Assembly (NCBI GenBank): GCA_907165135.1
Contig: OU015567.1
Location: forward strand, 12,586,001-12,650,000
Direction of reading: 5' to 3'
Source: Oikopleura dioica
Taxonomy: Eukaryota; Animalia; Chordata
Length of the DNA: 64,000 nt
Under the pieces are notes generated by a model that saw nothing but the letters and a program-made list of their open reading frames with translations, made no database searches and was not told the origin of the DNA. Below, piece by piece: positions 14,779 to 27,272 of this stretch; the stretch's first letter is position 1, and each line of letters opens with the position of its first letter. A program made the position numbers and the translations under genes.

Positions 14779-17204
14779 ATGCATTTGAACCCGGAAGCGG
14801 GCTCAATTTCCACCGACTACGATCCAAACTCGAGTACGATCGGCGAGTCAGCATCCAGCGGCTACTGGTCACGTGGCGAAAAAGAAACCGACAAGGAGGA
14901 GATTCCGGAAAAGACGCCGTTGGACCTGGATCTCGAGAAAATCCGCCCCGAAAGCCTCCGCCTGCCCGAGCAAATGCGCGTTCACCGTACCCAGCACGAG
15001 CAGATTAGCCAGAATCACATAGGAATGGTTCATATTTCGTATGCCACCTTTTTTCTCGTAAAAATCTTTCTCTCTTTAAGCAAGAAGATTTTGGTCTAAA
15101 ATCAATTAATTTGCTTTATTTATTGCAGAAAAATCAATCGGATTAAGGACGTCTCTCCCCTTAAATTCTTTATCGAGCAATTTTAAAAACTCTTAATTCT
15201 TCAAGGCCTGTAACAAAATCGGAAATTTCGAAGACGCAATTTAAAATCTAAACTCGTTATTAAGATATCAGATTGTTTCTTCCGGTGAGCTTACTCTCTG
15301 ACATGTCATTTTCGTCTTAATAAGATCACATTTCCGGGCTTTGCTCTGGGTCGGCATTTTATGAACCATGAAGAAGGGAGCCGGAAGGATGAAGGATACT
15401 TCTACGTGGCGCTGGTCGGGGATAATAGCAACGCAGACGAACAGGCCTCGCGCAAATCCTCGCTCAACTCCAGTTACAGGTGAGCATTTTGTAAGAGTAT
15501 TAGTAACTTCAAAAGGGCGCTCTGTTTCAATTCATCTAGCCCTCTAATCACGCGCTTTAGAGGGTCTTGATCATGACGATTTTTCGGGTTCTCCGCGAAC
15601 TTTTGTTCTAATTACAAAATTAAGGGTCCACTCTGGTTACTGCGAAAGCGAAGAAGCAGAAATTGCTGAGCGCCGTCGACGAACCCGCCAATGCTACGCA
15701 AAACTCCAGCAACGACGTCAATCTAACGATAGTCTCTCTTCCTCCTGCGTAGTCCCAGTCGCCAACGGACCACGAAGAAGCAACTCTGCTCAAGTCAAAC
15801 GCTCAAGTCCAAAAATCCAGTCCGAAGATGTCAAAGTCGAAAAAGTCGACAACAAGGACGAATGGAAGATCACCATCAAAATCAGCTGCAGCCAGAACAA
15901 TAATTCTGAGGAGAACAAGAGCGACAAAGAACTGGAAAAAAGCTCCACGGAGAAATCCGTCGCCCATGCTGACGCGATGACAGCTACTGTCACTCAAAAG
16001 CAAGAGACACAGACGCAAACTTCACGTTGCGAGTGAGTACTACAATTTTAAATCGCCATGTTTTCTCTCTCTAGTATTTCCAAAATCTAACAAAATATGC
16101 TTATTTAAAAACTGAATTCATCTCGGCAGAAATTCCATATTCCAATTTTTCAAGAAAGAAAATGAATCTCTAAGTGCAATTTTCTTTCTGAAAGCTTATC
16201 CCTTCCTTCCGATAACATTCAGTTGACCTTAATTTTTCTAAACTCGGAACTGCTACTTCTCCTTAGATATCGTGTCGAGCAAAAATTTACTGCATAAATT
16301 TTCATAATCAGACGCTTCACCCCTTTTCCTGTCACTGAATCTTTCAAATCTCGAAATCTTGAATTCTGAACTTTGAATTTTTAACAAGAGTCCGTTATGT
16401 TTTCCACGCGGGGGTGAGCGCTTGGGAACTTGCCCTTGAAATGTGTCAGTGATAATCAATTGTGACCGGCTTTTAGGTCTCCAACGCGGTCCGACTCGCC
16501 TCTTGTGGTCAAGTGGCAAACTTCGCCTGCTGCTCCAATCATCAAAACGAGCAAGGACGTGTTCACTCCTAACAGCACATCAACCCCTAAGAAAGAAGCA
16601 TTCAGTCGCCCGAAAGTCACAACAGTACTTCCATCACTTCCAACTCGCCCGAGTTTCTTGTCAAAAATCGCACCTCCAACAACATCACCAGCAAGCAAAC
16701 CAATCTTAGAACGGCCAATTACGAGCCGCTTCCAGCGAAAACGAACCGACTTCAAATCGGTTCTGAACCAGTGGCAAGAACGAGCATCTTTGTCAGAGCT
16801 TCAATAAGATCAAAAATTCGCGATCAAATTTCCTCATAAAATCATTCAGTTCAATCATCCCCAAATTTCACTCCCTTAATTTTCGACAAAAGATCAAATC
16901 TGTAGCTCAAAATTAGTCCCGATCGCAAAGCTTCGACCAAATGCCTCAGGAAACGCAAGAGAAGGCATCTTCTCTGACGAGAAACTTTTCTAAGAGGGCG
17001 GAGGCTCCGTCCGAAAAGTCTCCAATAACTCGGCTGGCTCCGATTTCTTCCTCGTTCTCCCAAAATCGTCCACTTGGACGATGTTCTTCTAACACCGTTA
17101 GTACTTTTCCCATCTCAACATTATCTAATCCTTCTTTTCAGGCTCTCTATCGCTCGAGTTACCGACCAGGAATTCCGACGGGCTGGCGGCAACCCCAGTC
17201 CTAA
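14779..17204 (+). CDS. Multi-exon Ser/Pro/Thr/charge-rich, low-complexity protein, unidentified
   Basis: Exon-like ORFs 14779-15010 (DYDPNSSTIGESASSGYWSRGEKE), 15361-15479, 15627-16032 (EIAERRRRTRQCYAKLQQRR..DEWKITIKISC) and 16505-17204 (TDFKSVLNQWQER), with GT/AG boundaries. Confidence 0.55.
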
Positions 17205-17858
17205 CTCACCCAAGACTAATCCCTAAATTAATACATGGACAGATTAATATTAAATTATTCCAGCGCTTCTGTAAATAAAGAAACCTAACTTTCCCCCGAG
17301 AAAGAAGTAATTTTTACGGGGTTGTCGCAGTACTCGACGAGCATTCATCGACTGTTAGAGCAAAGAAAAAATAACGACTATGCAAGAATGAAGATTCTCT
17401 GGGTCTAATAAAACGAAGACGATTTAATTTTTGACAAAACCTCAAGAAAAGACTCAAAAGACACTGTACAAATAATACAAAAGTACTTACCTCTAACAAA
17501 TGACAGTGTTTTATCATTGCATCAACAAGCTTTCAAGCAAAAGTCTATACCAGCAGAGAAAACATATTAAACAAAAAGTTCATTTTATCCTCAAGATGAA
17601 ACAAGCTAAATTCATTCAAAAATCCATATCTTCCCGCAAAACTGGTAATTTTCCAGTGCTACATGCGCAGATAACATCATCCAAAAGGAAACAATTATAG
17701 GAAAAGTTCGCTCGAGACAGTAGTCTTCCTGAAAAAAGGCTGATAAGAGCGCCGGTCTATTCCAGTCGGGCGCGGTCAACCGACTCGTCGGAAGAAAGAG
17801 CGCCGAGTTTATTTCCTCTTTAGCACCATCAGTCGTCGTGTTTCCAAGTCGTACACGC

Positions 17859-17866
17859 TATATAAA
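17859..17866 (+). promoter_or_regulatory. TATA box
   Basis: TATATAAA about 57 nt upstream of the ATG at 17923. Confidence 0.5.
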
Positions 17867-17922
17867 TTCGTGACAAGTCCATGATCTCATCAAATACAAC
17901 AGAATAATAACCAAGCATAAAA

Positions 17923-18126
17923 ATGAATATCCTCAAATTGGTTTTCTTCCTTCTCGCACTTGTCGAAGCCGACCTGATTGGATTCAACAGACTTGGAAAC
18001 AATGTTTTACTTTATGAAAAGAACGGAAAAGATGCTCTGTACGGTCGAAATGTCAACCGACATCCAAGATATAGATTCCGATACAACAAAATCAGCATGA
18101 TGAAGCGGTACTTCAAAGTGGCTTGA
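17923..18126 (+). CDS. Small single-exon secreted basic peptide (67 aa)
   Basis: N-terminal signal peptide MNILKLVFFLLALVEA, Arg/Tyr/Asn-rich mature part, upstream TATA box. Confidence 0.65.
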   Translation: MNILKLVFFLLALVEADLIGFNRLGNNVLLYEKNGKDALYGRNVNRHPRYRFRYNKISMMKRYFKVA

Positions 18127-19517
18127 TTGTAAAACGCCCTGCTTCAATCTTCCTTTTTGTACTGCACACACTTTGTTACATTTTTTCGTTAAATAAATCT
18201 CATCAATTAATGACTCTTCCTTGATTGCAATCCCTACAACAATCGGTTCTACTAGCGCTTTTTTAATAAAAACCAACTTTTGAGTCATGCGATTTCGCGA
18301 AATACTTATCTTTTGCATGAGCATTTCATAATAAGCAAGCAACTCGAGATACCAAACTCGTGTTGTAGAAAATTGCCACTTTGAGGGGGACACAAATTCG
18401 ATGTTCCCAAAGTAATTTTTCTTAGATTCTATGTTTCAGAGTCGAGGTATCTAATCTGAGCTCAAATCTAATCTTGAGTCAACATGGAGAAATTTGAATG
18501 GTTAGTCAGAAGAATATAAAACCAAATAAAGCGAAAAAAACTTATCAGTGAACTTGACTGCAATAATAATCTACTAAAGACGCTTTTAACGTAGAATAAG
18601 TAATAGGGACCTAGGATGAGACTCTTCCGATGTCACTTGGTGGTTTGAAAAAGCATATAAATGCGAACAAAAATGATAAAATGCGAAGAAACACAGAGGA
18701 ATATGCGATGGGTGACTACTGGTAAGATAAGTTTCTCGAAATAATCAAGAGCATTTCTGTATGAGGGAAAATCCGCAAGCTGATGATGCTGGCTCTCTAT
18801 ACCAGCGGCATCTATTTTTCTGTGACGATGATTAGCGAGGCAGTTGTAAGTTACACTCAGCTCGAATTGAGAAGTATTTACGATTCTTTTATACTATAAA
18901 ATTTATAGCAAAAATATTTTCGATATCCTTCGATTTTCACCCAGCGGGAAGATGATCAAGTATCGTGATGGGATTAAGAATCTCCTTTATTGCTGTATTT
19001 TTACTTTCTATTTTTTTTCTATCCGACTAAAGACCTTTCCAAAAATTACGATTTGCTCGTATCAGATGCATTCAGGGATGTGGATCCGCAGCGCAAAATC
19101 CGCAAAACAGCGCAAAATGCGGGATTTTTCATTCTGCAGCGCAAAACAGCGCAAAATCAGCCCCAAAAATTTCCGCAATTTTTCCGCAAAATTGCGCGCA
19201 AAAGCGCATTTTGCGCGAAAATTCCACAAAATCTCAATACATTTGCAGTCCGCAAAATGCGATTTTGCGGGATTTCGCGTAGAATTTCTACATTTTTTTA
19301 TGTTAATTGTTAAGATTTCCGAATCAAATCCTCATTCATCATCGCATTCACAACTTCGGCGGTAATTTGCGGAAGAAAAACAGAAAAATCACCCGACATA
19401 AAACCGTCTGATCTCGTAGTTAACCGACCGGTCATTTTGCCGGCAAAAATAAAACCGGACGGGTCGATGGAATTTTGCTGGGTGATAATTTAATTTTTCC
19501 TTGATTTCTAAATTTAA

Positions 19518-20213
19518 GGACCCCCCCGTCAGCTTTTTTTGAAAAATCAGATTTCGGAAATTTAAAATTTTGACCCCGGAAATACAGTTTACTCGCACAA
19601 TTTGGACCTTTTTTTGTTTTGCAGATTTTTCGAAAAAGGGCCGAATTGTGCGGGTCCGAAATTCGGATTAATTTGCTGCTCCTTCAAAAAAGATCAATTT
19701 TGGAGCCCTAAAATGTTAAAATCTCACTATTTTCGTCAATTATCTCCGTAAATTCTACGTGTTAATCAAAAAAAGAGTAAGAAATAGCATTTCTGTCGTA
19801 AATATATCTTACAAAATACGTTTGAGCAAGGAAATTTGACTGAAATTCACATAGATGGCTAATTGAGCGATTTTCATTAATTTTCGCGAAATTCGAAAAA
19901 AGGGCCGAATTGTGCGGGTCCAAATTGTGCGAGTCGTCTGTAGATTCTTCGGGTCATAAAACGATTTTGAGGCTTCATTTTTTGGGGGTCTATCTCGACT
20001 CTAACACCCTCAAAATCGCATTTGAAAATCGGACTTTTTGCCGAAAATTGACGAATTTGCCCTTATTTTGGCAAAAATATTGATTTTTCTTGGTCAAATC
20101 TTCGTCTATTCAAGTTTTTGAAGCAAGTTTGACTTGAGGACACATTAAGAACCAAAAATATGGTGCTCTTAAAAATTTCAATTTTTCGGAGGAAAAAGCT
20201 GACGGGGGGGTCC
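19518..20213. mobile_element. Kolobok-like non-autonomous element nested in the hAT element
   Basis: Perfect 21-bp TIR GGACCCCCCCGTCAGCTTTTT, flanked by TTAA (19514-17) and CTAA (20214-17). Removing it restores CCTTGATTTCTAAATTTAAGGGGCTTGACGGCCC, which occurs intact at 20255-20288. Confidence 0.75.
19585..19940. mobile_element. Tc1/mariner-like MITE (356 bp) nested in the Kolobok-like element
   Basis: TA on both flanks (19583-84, 19941-42). TIR CAGnnnACTCGCACAATTTGGACC. Internal repeat of CGAAAAAAGGGCCGAATTGTGCGGGTCC. Confidence 0.8.
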
Positions 20214-22524
20214 CTAAGGGGCTTGACGGCCCTTCGGGCCGTTTCAGCCCCGTTCCTTGATTTCTAAATTTAAGGGGCTTGACGGCCCCCGGGTAATAAT
20301 GTCCCCAAAATTTCTCCATTTCAAGTAGAAAAAAATCGGGCCAAAAATACCACAAAATTCGCAGATTTTCGCAAAATGCGCGAAAATCCCGCAAAATCCG
20401 CAAATTTCCGCAAAATGCGCGAAAATCCCGCAAATTTCGCAAAATTTTGCAAATTGCGTGTCATCTGCGCAATCCGCAATTCCGCAAAAAGCGCAAAATC
20501 CGCAAAATTTTCGCAAAATCAACAAATTTTGATTTTCCGCAAAACAACGCAAAATTCCGCAAATTGCGCGATTTACGGATTCCGCAGCGCAAAACAGCGC
20601 AAAATAAGTTCGAAAAATTTCCGCAATCGCAGCGCAAAACAAAGGAAAATTTTTGCTGATCCACATCCCTGGATGCATTCAAAGTGGAAGATACAAAAAT
20701 ACTACCCGGAGATCAACGATACCATCCTGAAGTAGGCACTCTAACTAACATCTATCGATGGCACCGTAACTAAGACTGTTTGAATTCTTCAGAGCTTTTT
20801 ATGGATCTGCTGACAAACACCTAAACTGGCATAAGAAAGAATGGGAGAGATTCAATCAAATAGATCTTGATGAGTTTTTGTCAAAAACGCAGCCAGACAT
20901 TGAGATCAAGCACTGTCTTTTCGACAGCTTGAATTGTGACCACATTTGGAAAACAAAGAAGACTAAGCTCGGGCGTTGCCTCGAATTCGACCTTTATCAA
21001 GAAGTTGACAATGGACATTTTCTTCATCTTTCGAGGTAAATTTTACTCTCCTGTTTCTTCAAAAATTTTTGTAGAATCGATTTAAATTCTTCCGAACACA
21101 ACTTGGGCTTTGTGGCAGGAATGAACAAGTCCGACGAAACGTATGGCTGGTACGGTCACATGCGCGGCCTCCACCTCTATTACAATTATTACACTGATGG
21201 GGTTGAAGAAGAAAGCAAAGCCTTGACGATATCGTCACAACTGACTCCAATCGTCAACTTCAAGCTTTTCAAAAACTCATATCTAGGAGCACCGTACCGA
21301 AAGTGCGAAAAATCCCATCTGGCCGGGCAATATTCTATCTACAACTCTTCCGATATCTACAAAAAGCAACTTGCGAAATGGAACTCCTTATCAGTCAAAT
21401 AATCGCGCTCTGCAATTGCCAACCAAACTATCTTCATAATTTTCCTAAAGAGTAAGCTACTCTTATTTGCGCTTCAATTTATTATTTGTAGGAAATTCGG
21501 AGAAAACATCAAGCTCTGCACGTTTTATGACAACGTAAAATGCGTCGCGCACGTGATTGAGCGAAAAGGATTGACAAAAAACGTCAAGGGCTGTTCGCCT
21601 GCTTGCCAGAGCTACGAATTCAACCAAGACAAGATTCAATATCGAGTGCCGCCAAATACAAGCAACGATCCCAATAAATATTTCATGACGGCGGTTTTAC
21701 GAACGACTGAAGGTTTCATCAACAGGACTGGCTACTGGCAGATAAAGATGTATATTTTAGAAAGAGTAACTGTCGTGGAGGAACAGAAGCAGTACTCCTT
21801 GAACGAGCTCTTTGCGGATATTGGTGGATCCTTAGGTTAGACAAATATAAGATCACTGATCTTATCATTTTTAGGACTGATTCTAGGGCTGAGCGCCGTG
21901 AAAATTTTGCAAATGTGGTTCAGTTTTGTCTCAAGGTAAAACATCATCAAGCACTGATGATTTGAGCATTTTTCATTCAGAACAAAAAAATTTCTCCATG
22001 ATCAACACATAAAACGATGCAAAGCCACTGTTCATCAACGATTTCTCGATTGCAAATTCAAATATACGAGCAGACGAGGGTATATGAAGTTTTGGGGACG
22101 AAAAAGCGGCAGCGATATACGAAAAAGTGGCGGTAACTATCCTAGCCTTGCTGGATCTCCAATTAGGAAACGTGGAAGACATTGTTATACTTATCTGAGA
22201 GTACTGACAGTTGTACAAATGTTTCACCGCCAGAAAAGGGAGAATTATCAACTCAAACAAACCCGACTTCAGCCATTGGATGTTCTCAACATCTAAAAGT
22301 TTCATTGCTCTGACTCTTGATGGTTTTATAATCTCTTCGTAATCGTATTCTGACTTGACTCTGGCAAAGGATTAAAATCAGCCTTCCTGTTTTTATTTCT
22401 ATAATTAATTTTTTTTCAGCATCGATTTTCATTGTTACGGTAAGAGGCCTTAACAAAGAAGTTGTTGGACAAAATTAAATCTATCTTCTTGTCAATCAAT
22501 TATGCAACAGAAAATATATTTTTC

Positions 22525-24212
22525 CTAATTCCCAGCTTTCAATTTGTTCAGAATTTGTTCTGCCGATTTGAGCCCGGTTAGATACGCTCCATGGGCATAG
22601 CCAGCATTGGCTCCGTCGAAGGCTTCTCCAATCATGTAAAAATTATCAACTGAAAACAAACAAAGGCCGTCAAACAATTTTGACTCAATTTACCTAGAGG
22701 AGTATTTAGACTTGAGTAAAACTGCTCAAATGTCTTGCCCGGGCATAAAGCCATATTCGTGTAACAGCCCTGGAAGTTTTCTGAATAGTTCAAATTAAAC
22801 TCTTACTGGTTGTGGATTACTAAAAACCTTCGGCAGCCCATGTTGGCTGAGAAAAATTTTCGATATTCGGATTGAAGCCAAAAACGCGCTTGATTGTCTT
22901 TTCGATACAATTTTTGAGTTCTTCTCTTGTGAGGAAATTAAACTTTTTGCCCTTTTCTGCGGTGGTTTTTAAAACGATTGCTTTTCGTCTGTGAAGGCGA
23001 AGTATCATCGGGTCGAATTCGATTGACCGGAAGAGATTCTCTTCGTTGTTTGGAAGACAGATGAAGTCGTTCTTGTCTTTAACAAGTTGAAAAGAAAGAG
23101 CTTGATAGAAACTTACCAGAAAGAAGGTCCTCCTGATTCTTTTCAAGTAAGACAAAGCAATTGACGTAGTGTACGAGCGTAAGAGACGAGATGAGTTCAT
23201 GCTTCTCTGGGGTCATAAACTCAAGCTCTAACCTTTTCGACTGATACTGACTGACCGGAACCGCAGATACTAAGAAATCGCAGCTCATCTGCTTCACTGA
23301 TCCATTAGGGGTTCTAAGAGATAAATGAAACTTTCACAAGATTTGTTGTGCTCAAGGTGGTTCCAATGCTATCTATCCGATCTTTTACTGCAAATCTTTC
23401 CTTGTTTTTACTTTTTTTGACGTGGAACACATCTGAATTGAAAGTTATATTTTCCTTAGGGATATTCTTGGCGATTTCATCTACGCATGCACTTATATTC
23501 GACGTAGCTTTTATGGTTAAAAACGTGCATTTTTTTTCGCTTACTGTATGTTGAATTTTTAACCCATAACTATAATGGTCTTGCCGAAGGTATCCTCCAT
23601 TTCCTTTTCGTCCCCTCCAATAGAACACCTTTCAGGCTCACAAGCGCAGAAGCGCGAGAACCCATGAATGTAATGAAGCGCATCGTATACATCACGGGGT
23701 ATTTTTTCGCGAGAAGATTCTGTTTGATTCATAAAGTCTTCGATTGAGATTAATTCCTCAGTCTTGGCAAAGTATTCAGTCATTTCTTCCCAATCTTTTG
23801 AAAATTGTTTCCGATAAGATTCCATTTTGTCTGTGACACTTTCGTAGTTCTCATCCAAAACAATATATTTTTTTTCTTCACTGAAGTATTCTGGGTCAAG
23901 GAGAGTTTCTTTGTTTCCACTGTCTTTCAAAATCTTCAGCAGTGGATTACGCTCTCCCATAATCCAGTTTGCCCCAAGATTGACGGATATTTGAGGAGTA
24001 AGCTGAAATGGCCGCAATCTGCCACCGATTCTGTTTGAGTACTCAAGAACTCGAAAGTCTTCAACATCATGTTTTGACAGAACACTAGCACAGGTTATTC
24101 CAGCTATTCCTCCGCCGATAATAATAATTCTTAGGCCGGAATTCTATGGTCATTTTATCTTTAATTACGATGAAAACGCTCTAAATCCCTAACTATGATG
24201 CGGAACTTCCAT
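22525..24212 (-). CDS. Flavin-containing amine oxidase (polyamine oxidase-like)
   Basis: FAD-binding IIIIGGGIAGITCA..VLEYSNRIGGRL, NLGANWIMG, and C-terminal IGEAFDGANAGYAHGAYLTGLKSAEQIL*. Confidence 0.88.
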
Positions 24213-24408
24213 TATTATTGCCACGCTCTGACTTCTGAGTCTCTCAAATCTGAATATTTACAATTCCCAATAGATGAGTAAATTGGCGCTTATATTTACA
24301 TTTCTAAAACAAGTTCTAATTTGAAATAAGATAATTGTCTCAGTATGGAAAAAATCTATATCATTTCGTGTTAGTTCTTTTATTGCAGGCGGAAGTATTT
24401 CAAAATTT

Positions 24409-26140
24409 TTATTTTGGCTGAGTAAATTCGAGAAGATCGGCCCTTTGTCGATAAAATGCGGTAAGTGGTGTTCCAATAAGATTCTCAAGCTGGTCTTCTT
24501 CGAGAAAGTGACAGAAGCTGTGATGATTCCAAGAAGTTGCGAAAAGTGGAATCTCGCCATGGTCAGTCACAATTTGATCGTCTTCAATCACGTAGAGATT
24601 TGGCTTCAGAGCAGCTCCAAGAAGGCCTGTTAATTTTAGATTAATATAGGTGATTCAAGAACTCGAACCTGAGGCATGGTTAACGTTTGGAATATCAAAC
24701 TCAACCCCCAAACTCATCTTGTCACCATGTTGCTTCTCGTGAGTGATGTACTTCGATCCATCATCAAAGCGGATCTCAATTCCTTGATGCTTGAAGTAAG
24801 CTTGTGGTCGAACGTACACCTTAAACCCGGAGAAAATCATTGGTTCCATATTCTCTTTGATTTCAAAGACGTCATTGTCTACTGAAAACTCTCCAGAAGT
24901 GACTGAGATTTCGTTTTCCGAAGTTGTGAAGACGATTGCATCGAAGACTCGCTTTTGCTTAGAAAAGTTAGCGTCTGCGAGATGACCGACGATGTCGACA
25001 TTGCCATCCTATAAGAACTGAATTAGAAGAATAGTTGGCGAGTTGTGTACCTGAAGAAGCTCGATAGCATCAGCTCCAAGGGGGTTAGCATCAAAACAGA
25101 GCGCGTCGAACTCGTCGTGTTCGATGACAAAATGAGGATCACCATCTCCGCTTCCTGAGCCTGGCATAGTTGAATTAGTACCGCCAGGAGCAGCAGTAGT
25201 AGTACCGACGCCAGGGTTAATGCCAGTGTCACCACCAGGCGCTGTTGTTGAAGCTGCTGGAGAAGTGACTAATGGTGGAGCAGTTGTCGGAGCAGGAGCG
25301 GTGGTTGAGCTCGCTGCCGGTGGAGCTGCAGTTGATGTTCCTGCTGGAGCAGATGTAGACGCTGCTGTGGTCGTAATGGGGTCGTTTTTGATTGTTCCAG
25401 CCACTCCGTTGATTGTAGCATCATTTTTAGATGAAGCCACGACCATTTCGAATGGACCTGTCGTGGTACCAGCAATAGAATTTCCAGTGATTGTTACACT
25501 GCCATCAGCGTTGAAGGCTACTGCCGCATCTTGGATCATTGAAACAAGACCGTCAACGTCTAAACGCAATTTGATTGCGCACGCCACAATTCGAAGCTCT
25601 TACCATTCGTTGCAAAGATATTCACCCCAGTTCCAGCATCATTTTCTACAAGGGCGTAAACAGTTCCATCCGGGGCAGTCCATTCTCCAGAGATGTCTGC
25701 GAATGGAGATGGAGCGAAAAGTGTTGTTGTTTCTGGAGTCTCAGTTGTGGTTGGATCACCGTTTCGCTCTTCGTCGAAGCGCTGGAGAATCCCGAAGTCT
25801 TACATAAAGGTTTTCTAAGTGTATCTGGGCGAAGAATAAACTTATGTTGTTCTAAACATTCTAATTATAATTTATTATGACCCTTTCCCGCGCCAAAGTT
25901 AATAGTCTCTGTGGCTTCATCAATAGTACCGCCTCGTCGGTTTCCTCGATCGGTGAACATGAGAATAGAAATTCCATTCACTTCAATCGTGGAAAACGTT
26001 GTCTGTTGAACAGAATTATCATTTCCGATAATAAAAAGTTTCTCCTCGTCAAACTGGTACAAATCTCCATCTCTATTCACCCAAACGCCGTTGAGGTCCA
26101 GGCTGAATGCAGTTGCTGCTATGAATGAAAAAAGTTTCAT
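24409..26140 (-). CDS. Secreted protein with a Thr/Ala/Pro mucin-like tract and an inter-alpha-trypsin inhibitor heavy-chain C-terminal (ITI_HC_C)-like domain
   Basis: Signal peptide MKLFSFIAATAFS; TTAASTSAPAGTSTAAPPAASSTTAP tract; DGDPHFVIEHDEFDALCFDANP; GLLGAALKP..CHFL..LIGTPLT at the C-terminus. Confidence 0.75.
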
Positions 26141-26461
26141 TTTTTCTCGAAAAGCTCAAATCTGCCCTTTTGTCGAAAGAAAACTAGACTCGATTTTCCG
26201 AAAATTAGAAGTGAATGCGGTGACATTTCAGATGCAACATGCATATCAATAAAAAGGGGGATTCATGCTCAGAATAACTTCTTATAAGCAAATGTATGCA
26301 TTTTCCCTTTTAAAAATGCATGAAAACTATCAAAATGAATATTCATGTGATTCGAAAACACGAAAATTCATTCTATTGAGACTTTATTTTAAATATCCAT
26401 CGTGTATTGAACTTAAAAATTGGCAGAATTGTGAAGTTTATTTTTAGCTAAATAAGAGAGG

Positions 26462-27272
26462 TTATTGCTGATCCTCCTCATCTTCTGAAGCCGGCCTTTG
26501 ATCGTCAGAGTCATCAGAATTTTCCGAATCCTTTCGATCTCGCCAACCAGTCGAGTCCTGAATAATAACGGGAATTTTGAAGCCCTCCTTCATCTTCTGA
26601 AGTTCACGCTCTTTGAGCCATACGCGCTCGCGTTCTTTATTCATATCACATACGCTGCGACTTTCATCGATGCTCAGCTTAAATTCTGATTTAAAATATG
26701 CATATTGACAACGTACTTACTATTTGGACGGGTTTTTCGGCTCCGTTCTTTTTTTCATAAGCTTCGTTGCGGTGAGCATGGAATTTCTTAGGTGAGTTCG
26801 ATTGCGCTACATAATTATTATAAATAGGGAGAACGGTTTCTGACACCTTTTTCGGCTTCTTTCTTTTTGATGAATGCGTTTGATGGACGTTTTTCGACAA
26901 TCTCTAAATTCTGCAAAAGATCAACAATGTCTCCAGTAGGAGCAGCTCGTGATTCAAGTTCTTCTTCTATTTCTTTCACTGAGTTTCGGATTCGTTCACC
27001 CTTGAAGAGGATAAAACAACATTTCCAGCGTTTTCTACCTTGTCGGGCAATCTGGAGATAAGAGATTTGTTCGACAGCATCTTTTGCTGTTTCGCGAGCA
27101 TTTCGTCTAATTCATCTTTCGTCTTGACTTTGAGATTGATCTTGTTTCGATCAGCTTGTTTAACATTTGCGAATGCCTCTTTCCGCACTAGATTTTCAAG
27201 CCCCTTCATTGTGTACTTTTCTTGGGGAGCTGCGGCCCCTACTGTTCGGGTAAGAGTTACAAGCTCGTCCAT
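26462..27272 (-). CDS. POLR2M: Gdown1 / GRINL1A homolog (Pol II-associated)
   Basis: KTKDELDEMLAKQQKMLSNKSLISRLPDK|GERIRNSV matches the Gdown1 N-terminal motif (LREMLKRQERLL..KLPDKGKKI). The C-terminal LSIDES..acidic tail also matches. Confidence 0.75.

Larger units (their letters stand above)
19073..20671. mobile_element. Non-autonomous hAT-like DNA transposon (1599 bp) inserted in an ENaC coding exon
   Basis: Perfect 14-bp TIR CAGGGATGTGGATC; 8-bp TSD GATGCATT at 19065-19072 and 20672-20679; dense subterminal (G/C)CGCAAAA repeats at both ends; no transposase ORF. Confidence 0.95.
18661..22296 (+). pseudogene. DEG/ENaC (ASIC-like) amiloride-sensitive cation channel, disrupted in this sequence
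   Basis: TM1 KIRKLMMLALYTSGIYFSVTMI, QKYFRYPSIFT, FPKITICSYQMHS, Cys-rich HCLFDSLNCDHIWKTKKTKLGRCLEF, CNCQP, CSPACQSYEF, and TM2 LFADIGGSLG|LILGLS. The exon is interrupted by a 1.6-kb transposon at 19073 and there is a frameshift near 21361-21365. Confidence 0.9.

Noticed and set aside
19073-20685. Splicing rescue of the ENaC insertion analogous to the 57.9-kb MITE
   Set aside because: The nearest downstream acceptors are phase 0, while the CAGG|GA and GGGAT|GT donors are phase 2. Only a weak TCA|GG donor would keep frame, and the gene has a second lesion.
18952-20735. Several 100-144 aa ORFs (SAKQRK / FAHF repeats) as genes or transposase
   Set aside because: They are translations of the CGCAAAA subterminal arrays. 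No DDE or hAT dimerisation motifs are visible.
21973-22305. 110-aa minus-strand ORF as a separate gene
   Set aside because: It overlaps the probable last ENaC exon on the opposite strand, with no independent evidence.
25220-25807. 195-aa Ala/Val/Gly-rich plus-strand ORF
   Set aside because: Antisense shadow of the Thr/Ala/Pro mucin exon.
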